64,000 nt of DNA from a virus (lineage: Duplodnaviria; Heunggongvirae; Uroviricota; Caudoviricetes), in IMG/VR virus record IMGVR_UViG_3300027977_000006. One strand, written 5' to 3'. Numbering within the stretch: the stretch's first letter is position 1; each line of letters starts with the position of its first letter. The notes under the pieces were generated by a model. The model was given only the letters and a program-made list of their open reading frames with translations. It did not search any database and was not told the origin of the DNA. The translations under genes and the position numbers were made by a program. Shown one piece after another: positions 46,110 through 54,255 of this stretch.

Positions 46110-46592
46110 TTAAGCCTTTTCTTTTTCAACAACTTCTGTTAAAAAATCTTCTGCTTTACCCTCAAACAATATGCGTTTTTTATTAACGTAAATGTCCTCA
46201 CCTTTTTTATTTTTAGCCATGTAGCCAATCTCGATACAACGAAATATTACTTGGTTGTTATCGTTAACCTCAATTTCGTATTCATAATCTTGTCCGCAAT
46301 CTTTCGCTTTTGGATTATATAAATAAAACCCACCAGCACCCTCTTTAAAATGCCCAACCAATTGCGCTGCCAAACAACCTGCACCATTGAACACCCTTTT
46401 AGAGTTTAGGTCGTCCATACCTAGTCCATTGACTACTTTGCTACCACTCAAAAACTCAACCAAATCAGCACCCATTCCACTTGGATAGCCATCATATTGG
46501 CGATACATACAAATTATTTTCTCTTTTTTTACCTTGTTGGTTTTTTCATCTTTCCAACTTTCGATTACTTTTGTTAAAGACCTAGTTCCCAT
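46110..46592 (-). CDS. hypothetical protein (160 aa)
   Basis: ORF. Confidence 0.5.
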   Translation of the reverse strand: MGTRSLTKVIESWKDEKTNKVKKEKIICMYRQYDGYPSGMGADLVEFLSGSKVVNGLGMDDLNSKRVFNGAGCLAAQLVGHFKEGAGGFYLYNPKAKDCGQDYEYEIEVNDNNQVIFRCIEIGYMAKNKKGEDIYVNKKRILFEGKAEDFLTEVVEKEKA

Positions 46593-46620
46593 TTTTTTGT
46601 TATTTAATTGATTAATGATA

Positions 46621-46657
46621 CTGCAAAGATAAACAAATTTTTGATACTACCAAATTT
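46621..46657 (-). promoter_or_regulatory. Consensus early promoter (hyper-conserved copy)
   Basis: CTGCAAAGATAAACAAATTTTTGATACTACCAAATTT. Confidence 0.65.
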
Positions 46658-46661
46658 ATTT

Positions 46662-47165
46662 TCAAAATAATTCTTGTGGTAGGTTTTTATTCAATACCTC
46701 TTTTCCATCTCGTCTTAATTCATTTAACTTAACCCTAATGCTTAGCACCCATTGTGGGTGTTGAAGTAGGCTCTTAATGGTATGTCCTTTCCATTGAATA
46801 AGTGAATACCCATTATCAGTTTTATAACAAATACCTTTAAGACAATCCTTTTCCAACTTCTTGTCTAATCTCTTTTGGTCTTTTGCCTTTAACCAATCTT
46901 CCAACAACAAATCAATCTTAAACTCCAAATTCATTGGCAATTCCATAGAATACGCTTTAATCGGTGGCAATGCCAAACAAAATTGTTCAGCTTGTTCAAC
47001 CAACTCACGCATTCCCTCGTAAGCATGATAAAAGGTACAACCACCATGCCCATCGTTTTTTGCATAGGCAACCTTTTGTTCGTTTACATATACATCAGCA
47101 ACAAACGCATTGGTTTCTTCCGATAGTGCTTCACTAAACTTAATGTTTTTTAATTCTATTTTCAT
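46662..47165 (-). CDS. hypothetical protein (167 aa)
   Basis: ORF. Confidence 0.5.
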   Translation of the reverse strand: MKIELKNIKFSEALSEETNAFVADVYVNEQKVAYAKNDGHGGCTFYHAYEGMRELVEQAEQFCLALPPIKAYSMELPMNLEFKIDLLLEDWLKAKDQKRLDKKLEKDCLKGICYKTDNGYSLIQWKGHTIKSLLQHPQWVLSIRVKLNELRRDGKEVLNKNLPQELF

Positions 47166-47189
47166 TGTTTTTTATTTAGTTGATTAATA

Positions 47190-47226
47190 CTGCAAAGATA
47201 AACAAATTTTTGATACTACCAAATTT
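47190..47226 (-). promoter_or_regulatory. Consensus early promoter (hyper-conserved copy)
   Basis: Identical 37-mer. Confidence 0.65.
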
Positions 47227-47280
47227 ATTTTGAAAAAAAAAATTCCTCCAAATAAATGAAGAGATTTTATCCTACTTTAT

Positions 47281-47925
47281 TTAACTTACCAAATTAACAA
47301 ACATTTTTTGCACCTCTTTATCGGTTTGAATTAATTCATCCAAAGTGCTTGTATTAATAGTTTTTTCTCTGTGTAGGTAACTAAAGGTTCTTCTGTATTC
47401 CAACCCCACAACCTTATAGACAATAACTTCTTTACCACTTTCAAGCTTATGTGCCACTCGTTCACGTTTGAAGTCAACATAAAGTTGTAAGTAATTCTTA
47501 CCATTACAATAGTCATATCTACTATCACTACCCAAATACTGCTTTGTTTTGCTTACAATGAATAATTCCATTTCGTAAATCTCATTATTGGCTAATGGCT
47601 TTTCCTTTGTCATTTCACTTAATATATCTAAAGTAGCGTATGGTTTACCATAACTATCACGACCTATTTGTGTTGTCAAAACTTTCCCAAATTCGTTCTT
47701 AAACTCTTTCAGTTCATCGTTAAACTGATTAACAAATACCTTAATCATGGTAAGGTTATGCTTGGTAATGGTGTCTTTAAACCTTTGTTCCTCACGATTA
47801 CAATCGTTAATTGTTTCTAAAGTAAATCGTTTAGAACCCTCTGCTTTTGGTTTAGGGTTGATACGATTAAATTCTTTGATAAGGTCAGTAACCAATCCTT
47901 GTTGTAGTGGTGTTAAATTTTCCAT
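47281..47925 (-). CDS. hypothetical protein (214 aa)
   Basis: ORF. Confidence 0.5.
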   Translation of the reverse strand: MENLTPLQQGLVTDLIKEFNRINPKPKAEGSKRFTLETINDCNREEQRFKDTITKHNLTMIKVFVNQFNDELKEFKNEFGKVLTTQIGRDSYGKPYATLDILSEMTKEKPLANNEIYEMELFIVSKTKQYLGSDSRYDYCNGKNYLQLYVDFKRERVAHKLESGKEVIVYKVVGLEYRRTFSYLHREKTINTSTLDELIQTDKEVQKMFVNLVS

Positions 47926-47947
47926 TTTTTTGATTATTTGATTATGA

Positions 47948-47984
47948 GTGCAAAGATAAACAAATTTTTGATATTACCAAATTT
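47948..47984 (-). promoter_or_regulatory. Consensus early promoter (hyper-conserved copy)
   Basis: GTGCAAAGATAAACAAATTTTTGATATTACCAAATTT. Confidence 0.65.
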
Positions 47985-47993
47985 ATTTAAAGA

Positions 47994-48335
47994 TTAAAAA
48001 ATTGCTCTTAAATTTCCATAAGCCAAAGGTATTCCACAATTACCCCATTGAACATTCTCATCCAAATACTCTTGCTTCATATCAGTTGTAATCGTATCAA
48101 CAAGGTATTCATACGCAATCTTAACCATTTCAGGTCTATTGGTAGTAGGTGGATAAAACCCTAATTTGTTATCCTTCACCCCAACAAACAATATAAACAA
48201 TCTACGTTTACCATTGCCGTATTGGTGAATGTCAACAAGCTTTTTGAACTTGGCAAAGCTTATAGGTTCGCCACTCTCTGTAATCAAACCCAACTCTTTG
48301 AGTTTGTGTGTTAGTATTGCTATCGGTAATCTCAT
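47994..48335 (-). CDS. hypothetical protein (113 aa; start MRLPIAIL)
   Basis: Promoter at 48340-48380 overlaps the longer ORF-track version. Confidence 0.5.
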   Translation of the reverse strand: MRLPIAILTHKLKELGLITESGEPISFAKFKKLVDIHQYGNGKRRLFILFVGVKDNKLGFYPPTTNRPEMVKIAYEYLVDTITTDMKQEYLDENVQWGNCGIPLAYGNLRAIF

Positions 48336-48363
48336 ACTGTAAAGATAATACTTTTTTTTTAAT

Positions 48364-48561
48364 TTACCAAAATAAAGACAAATAATTATTGTACACCTCT
48401 TTGTTCTTCTCCACCTCCATAAAACTCTTCTCACTCGGCTTTAATCTGCCATACTTCTCATTGGCCAGCTTTATAGCCTCTTCCCTGCTAACAGCAAATA
48501 CAGTATTCCAACCACCACCCTCAAAGGTGAACATCCATTCTACTTTGTTTTGATTTTCCAT
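48364..48561 (-). CDS. hypothetical protein (65 aa)
   Basis: ORF. Confidence 0.45.
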   Translation of the reverse strand: MENQNKVEWMFTFEGGGWNTVFAVSREEAIKLANEKYGRLKPSEKSFMEVEKNKEVYNNYLSLFW

Positions 48562-48579
48562 TGTTGTTTGTTTTTGTTA

Positions 48580-48616
48580 CTGCAAAGATAAACAAATTTT
48601 TGATACCACCAAATTT
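48580..48616 (-). promoter_or_regulatory. Consensus early promoter (hyper-conserved copy)
   Basis: CTGCAAAGATAAACAAATTTTTGATACCACCAAATTT. Confidence 0.65.
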
Positions 48617-48731
48617 ATTTTAAACTTTTTTTTAAATAAATTAGTTTAACCTAGCCAACATAAAAGCAACCAATTCATCCAATACCACATACACTGGCAC
48701 ACCTCTCTTCTTGGCAATCATCTCCAATTCC

Positions 48732-49502
48732 TTAATTGTTATGTTTAACATCATTTACCCCCTTTTCTGTTTTAATTACAAACCCACTCTCAAAAGCTGC
48801 CTTGTTCTTTTCAGCACCACCTTTGCCTGTCATTTTCTTATACTTCAACCCACATATAACTCCCTTCTTATCCAAAAACCTCAAATCATCCAAATCAGCA
48901 TTTATAACTTCAAACCCTTCAAAGGTTTCGGGTAATTTGTCAAATACCATTGCTACATTTATACCTTGCTTTAGCAACTCAATTGCTTTATCATGATTGG
49001 TTTCACTTCTGCTAAAAGTTAAATGATAATTCTTTGGCAATTCCTTTTCAAACCGCTTATGATTTTTGGTATAGTCATAAAATTGTATATTAGGAAACAA
49101 CTCAAATATATTCTTACCACCCTCAAATACCTTAAACTTTTCCCATACCACATCACTAGTGCCATTAAACCTAAATGTTACAATAGCTTTACCCTCATTC
49201 TTTTTAATAGCCTTTTCAACCTCTTCTCTCAATTGTTTCAAAAAACCCTCTCTATCACTCAAAAAATACTCTGTCTTGTTAACCCTACCTTGCATTACGC
49301 TAGTGTACATTCCACCAAAACCACTACCCACCAAACAACTTTCAGCACAACCCTTACTAGCATGTGGGCACAAATTAATTCCTTTAGAATTTGCCTTGAA
49401 TGGCGACATGTACAATATGTAAGTCATGTAACCTAGCTTTTCTCCTTTGATAGTCTTTGCATTGTTAGTAGTTAACAACGGCTTTCTTTTAATTGCTTGC
49501 AT
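48732..49502 (-). CDS. GP88-family-like phage protein (256 aa)
   Basis: GINLCPHASKGCAESCLVGSGFGGMYTSVMQGRVNKTEYF resembles the Cys-rich N-terminal block of Pfam GP88; promoter at 49526-49562. Confidence 0.4.
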   Translation of the reverse strand: MQAIKRKPLLTTNNAKTIKGEKLGYMTYILYMSPFKANSKGINLCPHASKGCAESCLVGSGFGGMYTSVMQGRVNKTEYFLSDREGFLKQLREEVEKAIKKNEGKAIVTFRFNGTSDVVWEKFKVFEGGKNIFELFPNIQFYDYTKNHKRFEKELPKNYHLTFSRSETNHDKAIELLKQGINVAMVFDKLPETFEGFEVINADLDDLRFLDKKGVICGLKYKKMTGKGGAEKNKAAFESGFVIKTEKGVNDVKHNN

Positions 49503-49635
49503 ATAAATGTTTATTTGATTAATGACTGCAAAGATAGATATTATTTTGAAACTACCAAATTTTATCTCACCTTTTTTAAATTATTTTTTTTAACCCCCTT
49601 TTTATATAATAAGGTATAAAACTTTTTCTGAAATA

Positions 49636-49670
49636 AATTTGGTAATGTCATTTTCTTTTCCTATCTTTGC
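49636..49670 (+). promoter_or_regulatory. Rightward consensus promoter P1 (AAATTTGGTAATGTCA…TATCTTTGC), no ORF downstream
   Basis: Motif match on the plus strand. Confidence 0.55.
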
Positions 49671-49676
49671 TGTGTC

Positions 49677-49750
49677 AAAATTAAATAAGACGGGTTCGAT
49701 ATGAGAATATCGCAGAGGGTATACTCCAACCTGGGCATTATTTTAAAATG
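49677..49750 (+). ncRNA. Candidate small RNA B, a homolog of candidate sRNA A at 26470-26538 (shared AAUAAGACG…GUAUACUCCAACCUGG plus a U-rich tail)
   Basis: Immediately downstream of P1; contains a CGAUAU-GAGAA-UAUCG hairpin; no ORF. Confidence 0.35.
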
Positions 49751-49765
49751 TTAACGAATGTTAAA

Positions 49766-49799
49766 AATTTGGTAATGTCAAAAATCTTTCATACCTTTG
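49766..49799 (+). promoter_or_regulatory. Rightward consensus promoter P2 (AAATTTGGTAATGTCAAAAATCTTTCATACCTTTG)
   Basis: Motif match. Confidence 0.55.
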
Positions 49800-49834
49800 T
49801 GGTTTAACTTAAATTTTATCTATATGATTAGGTA

Positions 49835-49859
49835 TGTTGATAACTTTGTTGATAACTTT
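49835..49859. repeat. Tandem direct repeat GTTGATAACTTT x2 (DnaA-box-like TTGATAAC cores)
   Basis: Seen directly; related TGTTGATAACTTT / TGTGGATAACTTT / TGTTAATAACTTT at 26412, 26626 and 27275. Confidence 0.5.
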
Positions 49860-49867
49860 ACCAAAAT

Positions 49868-49904
49868 AAATTTGGTAATGTCAAAAATCTTTTATACCTT
49901 TGCA
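49868..49904 (+). promoter_or_regulatory. Rightward consensus promoter P3 (AAATTTGGTAATGTCAAAAATCTTTTATACCTTTGCA)
   Basis: Motif match; followed by ~800 bp with no convincing ORF. Confidence 0.55.
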
Positions 49905-50342
49905 TTCACTAACTTAACCCATATTATGCCCTTATGAAAAATTAAAATTACATATCGCAAAAAAATTTAACACACCTTAAATAAAGGTCGTGTTGCACCC
50001 ACTCCGTAAGGATGATGGGTTATTCGTGTTTCTCTACGTGTACTTTAAAAATGTTCTACGTGGAACGCTACACCTATACCCAAAAATTTCAGCCGAAAAA
50101 TCATCGAGAATTTGTGAAAGGTATAATACTTTTAGCAGTTTTTTCATTACTTTTTCATTACTTTTTAGATTATGTTAAATGATACTTTTATGGTGTTTAT
50201 AACCCTCTGGTAATCAATCTCCTATTTTTCAGGTGAAATCTCACCACAATTTCCCACAATTTACCACTTTTTACCAAAAAAACACAAAAAGCCTTAAAAA
50301 AAAGCAAACGTGCGAATGTGGGTACAGTTTTGTGGGGTTTGT

Positions 50343-50360
50343 GTACACAAATGTGTACAT
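50343..50360. repeat. Perfect 18-bp palindrome TGTACACA-AA-TGTGTACA
   Basis: Seen directly. Confidence 0.7.
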
Positions 50361-50400
50361 ATTTAGGGTATATATGAACCTATATATAATATGATATATG

Positions 50401-50577
50401 GGTATTATTTAGGTTATTCATTATTCTTATTTTTGCTTTTAGGCTTATCTTCTGGTGTAGGGATTATTTTGTCCAATTTAGGTATTAGGTATTTCTTTTT
50501 CCATTGTTCGAAGGTTAGGTTTAGGCTGGGGTTTTTTTTAAGAAAGGTTTCATACTGGGTTTTTAGGGTAGACATAA
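50401..50577 (-). CDS. small hypothetical protein (58 aa, MSTLKTQYETFLKKNPSLNLTFEQWKKKYLIPKLDK…), flanked by the two palindromes
   Basis: Hydrophilic protein-like ORF just below the track cutoff; no recognisable promoter. Confidence 0.3.
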
Positions 50578-50631
50578 TATGTATAATATGATAATGTAAT
50601 AGGTGTAGTATGTGTATAGATTTTATAAGTT

Positions 50632-50651
50632 ATGTACACAAATGTGTACAT
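50632..50651. repeat. Perfect 20-bp palindrome ATGTACACA-AA-TGTGTACAT
   Basis: Seen directly. Confidence 0.7.
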
Positions 50652-50707
50652 AGGTTTTAGGTGGATAAGGTAATATTGGATATTTTACTTTAGATTGTTG
50701 TAGCATT

Positions 50708-51160
50708 TTATTCTGATATAAGAATTAATTCTTGATTTGTCAATGCAAAATATATATTCTGTAATTGATGAACATATATTATATCTACCATTGAAAATGC
50801 CCTTAAATCATCAAATGTATTATCTAAAATTGTGTAATTTGCGTTATTTCTTCTAACATCAATTTGTAAATAATAATCATGATTTGGGTCAGTATATGTA
50901 ATATAATCATTATCACCTTTATCTATATTTTGGAATCCAAACTTATATAACCAATCTTCTGTTAATAAAATACCTTCTATGTTCTCAATAAGTCCAAAAT
51001 CTCCACATCTAAATCCAACTTCTTCTTTACAAATTGAAGCGACCAAAGCTATCTCTTGATGGTCATCTCCATTCCAGTTCACCCAATTCCCAATTTTTAA
51101 TTCATTTGCTGTCATCTTATTTCTTTTTAAATTGTTCAAACCATTGTTCAAAAGTATCAT
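50708..51160 (-). CDS. hypothetical protein (150 aa)
   Basis: ORF. Confidence 0.5.
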   Translation of the reverse strand: MILLNNGLNNLKRNKMTANELKIGNWVNWNGDDHQEIALVASICKEEVGFRCGDFGLIENIEGILLTEDWLYKFGFQNIDKGDNDYITYTDPNHDYYLQIDVRRNNANYTILDNTFDDLRAFSMVDIIYVHQLQNIYFALTNQELILISE

Positions 51161-51401
51161 ATTTCATCGAAATACCCATATCAGACCAAGATGTCACCCA
51201 ACTACCATCTTTAAACGCTTTTCTCATATCTTCCTCACTATACATTTTTTCTTGTTGCAATTTAGCAAATTCAATTAAATCTTTTGGTTGTACATCTTCA
51301 AAGAAATCACCAACACCATTACATTCTGGGTCATTACAACACATTCTCTGGCAACCTTGTCTAATTAAAAATTCTTCTGCTATTTCTTCAAGTGTTTTCA
51401 T
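51117..51401 (-). CDS. hypothetical Cys-rich protein (94 aa)
   Basis: ORF. Confidence 0.45.
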   Translation of the reverse strand: MKTLEEIAEEFLIRQGCQRMCCNDPECNGVGDFFEDVQPKDLIEFAKLQQEKMYSEEDMRKAFKDGSWVTSWSDMGISMKYDTFEQWFEQFKKK

Positions 51402-51402
51402 T

Positions 51403-51957
51403 TTATTTTTTAGTATTTAATTGTTCAATAAATTCAATTACAACTTCACACATTTTAGATGATGAATAGGGTCTACGTTCAATTATTTCTGAGTAAAGAA
51501 ATTGTAGTATTTGTTCTTGTTGCCATTTAGCACCCTCAATAAAACCTTTTTTCTTATCTGAGTTAATCCCATAATTATAAGGTTCTGGTAATTCATTAGC
51601 ATATTTTTCAGCGGCTTCTTCTAATGTTTCTTGTTTAGGTTCAATCCTATCTAACATTTGAGCATCTAAAGAAGTTTTATATCCTAATACTACATCTTTA
51701 GCATCACTTCCCTCACTTCCATAAGTTTCGTTGTAGTATTGTTTGCAATTATATAAATCTCCATTTCCTCCTCCAATAACATAACCTTCTGTATGAGCAT
51801 CAATTATCTGTTCCTTCTCAACTGATAATTTACCTAAACATCTTAATCTAATAGTTTCAAGAGTCATTCTTGAATCATCACTCAAATCATCATCGTATGT
51901 AAGATGTTCAACTATTTCATTAATTAGTTGTTGCATTGCTGTTTGTTTAGTTTCCAT
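51403..51957 (-). CDS. hypothetical protein (184 aa; start METKQTAM)
   Basis: ORF; overlaps the upstream stop by 11 nt. Confidence 0.5.
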   Translation of the reverse strand: METKQTAMQQLINEIVEHLTYDDDLSDDSRMTLETIRLRCLGKLSVEKEQIIDAHTEGYVIGGGNGDLYNCKQYYNETYGSEGSDAKDVVLGYKTSLDAQMLDRIEPKQETLEEAAEKYANELPEPYNYGINSDKKKGFIEGAKWQQEQILQFLYSEIIERRPYSSSKMCEVVIEFIEQLNTKK

Positions 51958-52873
51958 ATTTTTTAAATTTTTCGTTATAAATTTCATTGCTTTTTTCTTG
52001 CAGGTAATCTTTTGTGAAGTCATCATCTGCAAATTTTGTTTTGGCAAGTTTCTCATAATAATCTTCAGCACTTTTTAAAGCATATTCAAATCCTTCAAAA
52101 AAACCATTTTCAAAAACTAAAGGTCTTGTTTGTTCTCTATTTTTAATAAATGTTTCTGTCATTTTATCAAATTGACTTTGCTCCATTTCTTTGGCTTGTT
52201 TTTTATACTCATCAATATGTTTTTGTTGCAACGATATTGAAGGTGTTAATTTTTCAATTAACCAATCTACTGCTGTTTGTTTATTTCCCAAAGGTTTATT
52301 TGTAGTTCCTGAAGTTATTTTATCAGCATTAGGATTGCTGAAATCTACATAATGAGAGTCTAACGCACCTTTTAAACTCATATAGTTTGCAGCTCTTTGT
52401 TTAGCTTCTTCTGAAATTGTAGGTTCTTCTGTTGGAATGATTATTTTGTAAGTAGCTTTATTTTGTAAAAATCCATATTTATCCTTATGTGAAAATTCAA
52501 CCTCAACACTCTCACAACTTGGATTCTCAACAAACCAGTTAAGAAACTCATCATCAATAGCTTGTACACCATCAGCAATAAGTTCTTGGTCTGTTGTTAG
52601 GATGATTTTTTTACAATTGTAAAAATGATGCCATTGTTCTTCATTGCTTTTATCAACTTTAATAATTTTACTTTTGAAAGAATTAGTTAAAGCATAACAA
52701 TCTTTAACTTCTTCATCATCAGATGTGATGTACAAATATTGATTTCCAGCATTTACTGTTCTAACAGGAAACTCTTCAAAGTATAACTTATCATTTACTT
52801 TGTAAAGTTTACTTGGCTTATCCGTTGGTAATACGTGTAAATTTTTCATATTATTTGTTTTTAACAATTTCAA
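51947..52873 (-). CDS. hypothetical protein (308 aa) carrying the VDFSNPNADKITSGTTNK motif shared with 834..1226
   Basis: ORF; nucleotide repeat 52297-52355 versus 1078-1135. Confidence 0.55.
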   Translation of the reverse strand: MKLLKTNNMKNLHVLPTDKPSKLYKVNDKLYFEEFPVRTVNAGNQYLYITSDDEEVKDCYALTNSFKSKIIKVDKSNEEQWHHFYNCKKIILTTDQELIADGVQAIDDEFLNWFVENPSCESVEVEFSHKDKYGFLQNKATYKIIIPTEEPTISEEAKQRAANYMSLKGALDSHYVDFSNPNADKITSGTTNKPLGNKQTAVDWLIEKLTPSISLQQKHIDEYKKQAKEMEQSQFDKMTETFIKNREQTRPLVFENGFFEGFEYALKSAEDYYEKLAKTKFADDDFTKDYLQEKSNEIYNEKFKKYGN

Positions 52874-53219
52874 TTAATTTAATTAAACAAGCAAGTTCTG
52901 CTTCTTCGTATGTTTTTGTTAATTTATCATATTTTTTTATCATTTTTAACTCATCATTTGATATGTCATAAATGAAATACGTATGGATATTTACTTGACC
53001 AAATAGATTATAATTCTCTCTAAACCAACGGAATGATTGAGAATAAGTTGGTGCTAATATTCCATCATTCTGTTCAGCCATCCAAGCATCTTCTTGTTTA
53101 GCAACATACATAACATCATACTTACTACCTCTTCCTATCCAAATTCCAAAACAAGGTTCATCAAACCCTAATTCTTTTAAAGCTAATGCTTGTTCGTAAG
53201 GTATAAATTCTTTGTTCAT
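52851..53219 (-). CDS. Paralog family member 1 (122 aa; EFIPYEQALALKELGFDEPC…EEAELACLIKLIEIVKNK)
   Basis: Tandem paralogs. Confidence 0.55.
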   Translation of the reverse strand: MNKEFIPYEQALALKELGFDEPCFGIWIGRGSKYDVMYVAKQEDAWMAEQNDGILAPTYSQSFRWFRENYNLFGQVNIHTYFIYDISNDELKMIKKYDKLTKTYEEAELACLIKLIEIVKNK

Positions 53220-53220
53220 A

Positions 53221-53619
53221 TTATTTTGATTTAACTATTTCAATTAATTTTTTTAAACAAGCAAGTTCTGTTTCTTCGTAGGATTCATAAGAATTATTTG
53301 CTTTAACAATTCTTCCACCTTGTAATATGGTGTAGAAGAAATTAATCATATCACTATTGTATATCCAACTTGATAGGTTATGCTTCTCTCTAAAAAATCT
53401 GAATGCTTGTGAGAATGTTGGCAATCCAATGTTCTCAACTGGTTTGTTATCAATTTTGGCATTCCATTCTTCTTGAATGTTTGTAATTGGACTTCTACCT
53501 TCAGAATAACAATATCTGACATCTTCATCAGATATATTATACCAAGCCCAGCAAGGTTCATCAAATCCAAGTTCTTTTAGCTCTAAAGCTGGTTTGTAAG
53601 GTAAAAATTCTTGTTCCAT
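53221..53619 (-). CDS. Paralog family member 2 (132 aa)
   Basis: EFLPYKPALELKELGFDEPC…ETELACLKKLIEIVKSK. Confidence 0.55.
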   Translation of the reverse strand: MEQEFLPYKPALELKELGFDEPCWAWYNISDEDVRYCYSEGRSPITNIQEEWNAKIDNKPVENIGLPTFSQAFRFFREKHNLSSWIYNSDMINFFYTILQGGRIVKANNSYESYEETELACLKKLIEIVKSK

Positions 53620-53620
53620 A

Positions 53621-54004
53621 TTATTTCTGTTTTACTAATTCAATTAATTTTTTAAGACAAGCAAGTTCTGCTTCTTCGTGTTTCTTCCATTGTTCATTTA
53701 GATTTTCATCATTCCAATCAATTTCTGAGTATATTACATAATCATACCAAGCAGTTTTAGTGGTTTTCCCACCCTTGAATTTCACTTCACCAATTATGTG
53801 ATACTTCTCTCTAAACCATCTAAATGCTTGTTGATATAGTGGTGCTGAACATATTTGTCCATGAAATTGCTCATGTGATTTACACTGAGTAGGATAGAAT
53901 GTTTTATCATTATGATATAAACCAAAACAAGGTTCATCAAATCCTAATTCTTTAAGTTCTAATACTTGTTCGTAAGGTATAAATTCTTTTTCTAATTTAC
54001 TCAT
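53621..54004 (-). CDS. Paralog family member 3 (127 aa)
   Basis: EFIPYEQVLELKELGFDEPC…EEAELACLKKLIELVKQK. Confidence 0.55.
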   Translation of the reverse strand: MSKLEKEFIPYEQVLELKELGFDEPCFGLYHNDKTFYPTQCKSHEQFHGQICSAPLYQQAFRWFREKYHIIGEVKFKGGKTTKTAWYDYVIYSEIDWNDENLNEQWKKHEEAELACLKKLIELVKQK

Positions 54005-54236
54005 ATCTAATAATTTGTTGTGTTTTAATATTAATTACTTTTATTACTGTAAATTTATTATCAAAATAAGCTAATATACTTTCTTGATTAATATTAAAAT
54101 ATAAACCAAAATAAACCATAAAATCATCTAAAGATTTAACTAAAGGTTCTTTACAATTTAATTTATAATAATCATAAAATAATTGAAAATTAAAAGCATT
54201 ATTATTTCTTTGTTTTATATATTCTTCTCTATTCAT
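53997..54236 (-). CDS. hypothetical protein (79 aa)
   Basis: ORF. Confidence 0.45.
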   Translation of the reverse strand: MNREEYIKQRNNNAFNFQLFYDYYKLNCKEPLVKSLDDFMVYFGLYFNINQESILAYFDNKFTVIKVINIKTQQIIRYE

Positions 54237-54255
54237 AACTTTTATTTTTGTTTAG

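Noticed and set aside
48654-48764. 36-aa minus ORF (MMLNITIKELEMIAKKRGVPVYVVLDELVAFMLARLN) resembling a small DNA-binding or antitoxin-like peptide
   Set aside because: It overlaps the 3' end of the GP88-like gene by ~33 nt in another frame and has no promoter of its own. It is probably fortuitous.
49990-50591. Plus-strand ORFs 49990..50178 and 50391..50591 in the non-coding hub
   Set aside because: The translations are hydrophobic and low-complexity (…FLLLGLSSGVGIILSNLG…RFRLGFFLRKVSYWVFRVDIICII), with no homolog-like features. The minus-strand 58-aa ORF at 50401..50577 is the more plausible of the alternatives, though still weak.
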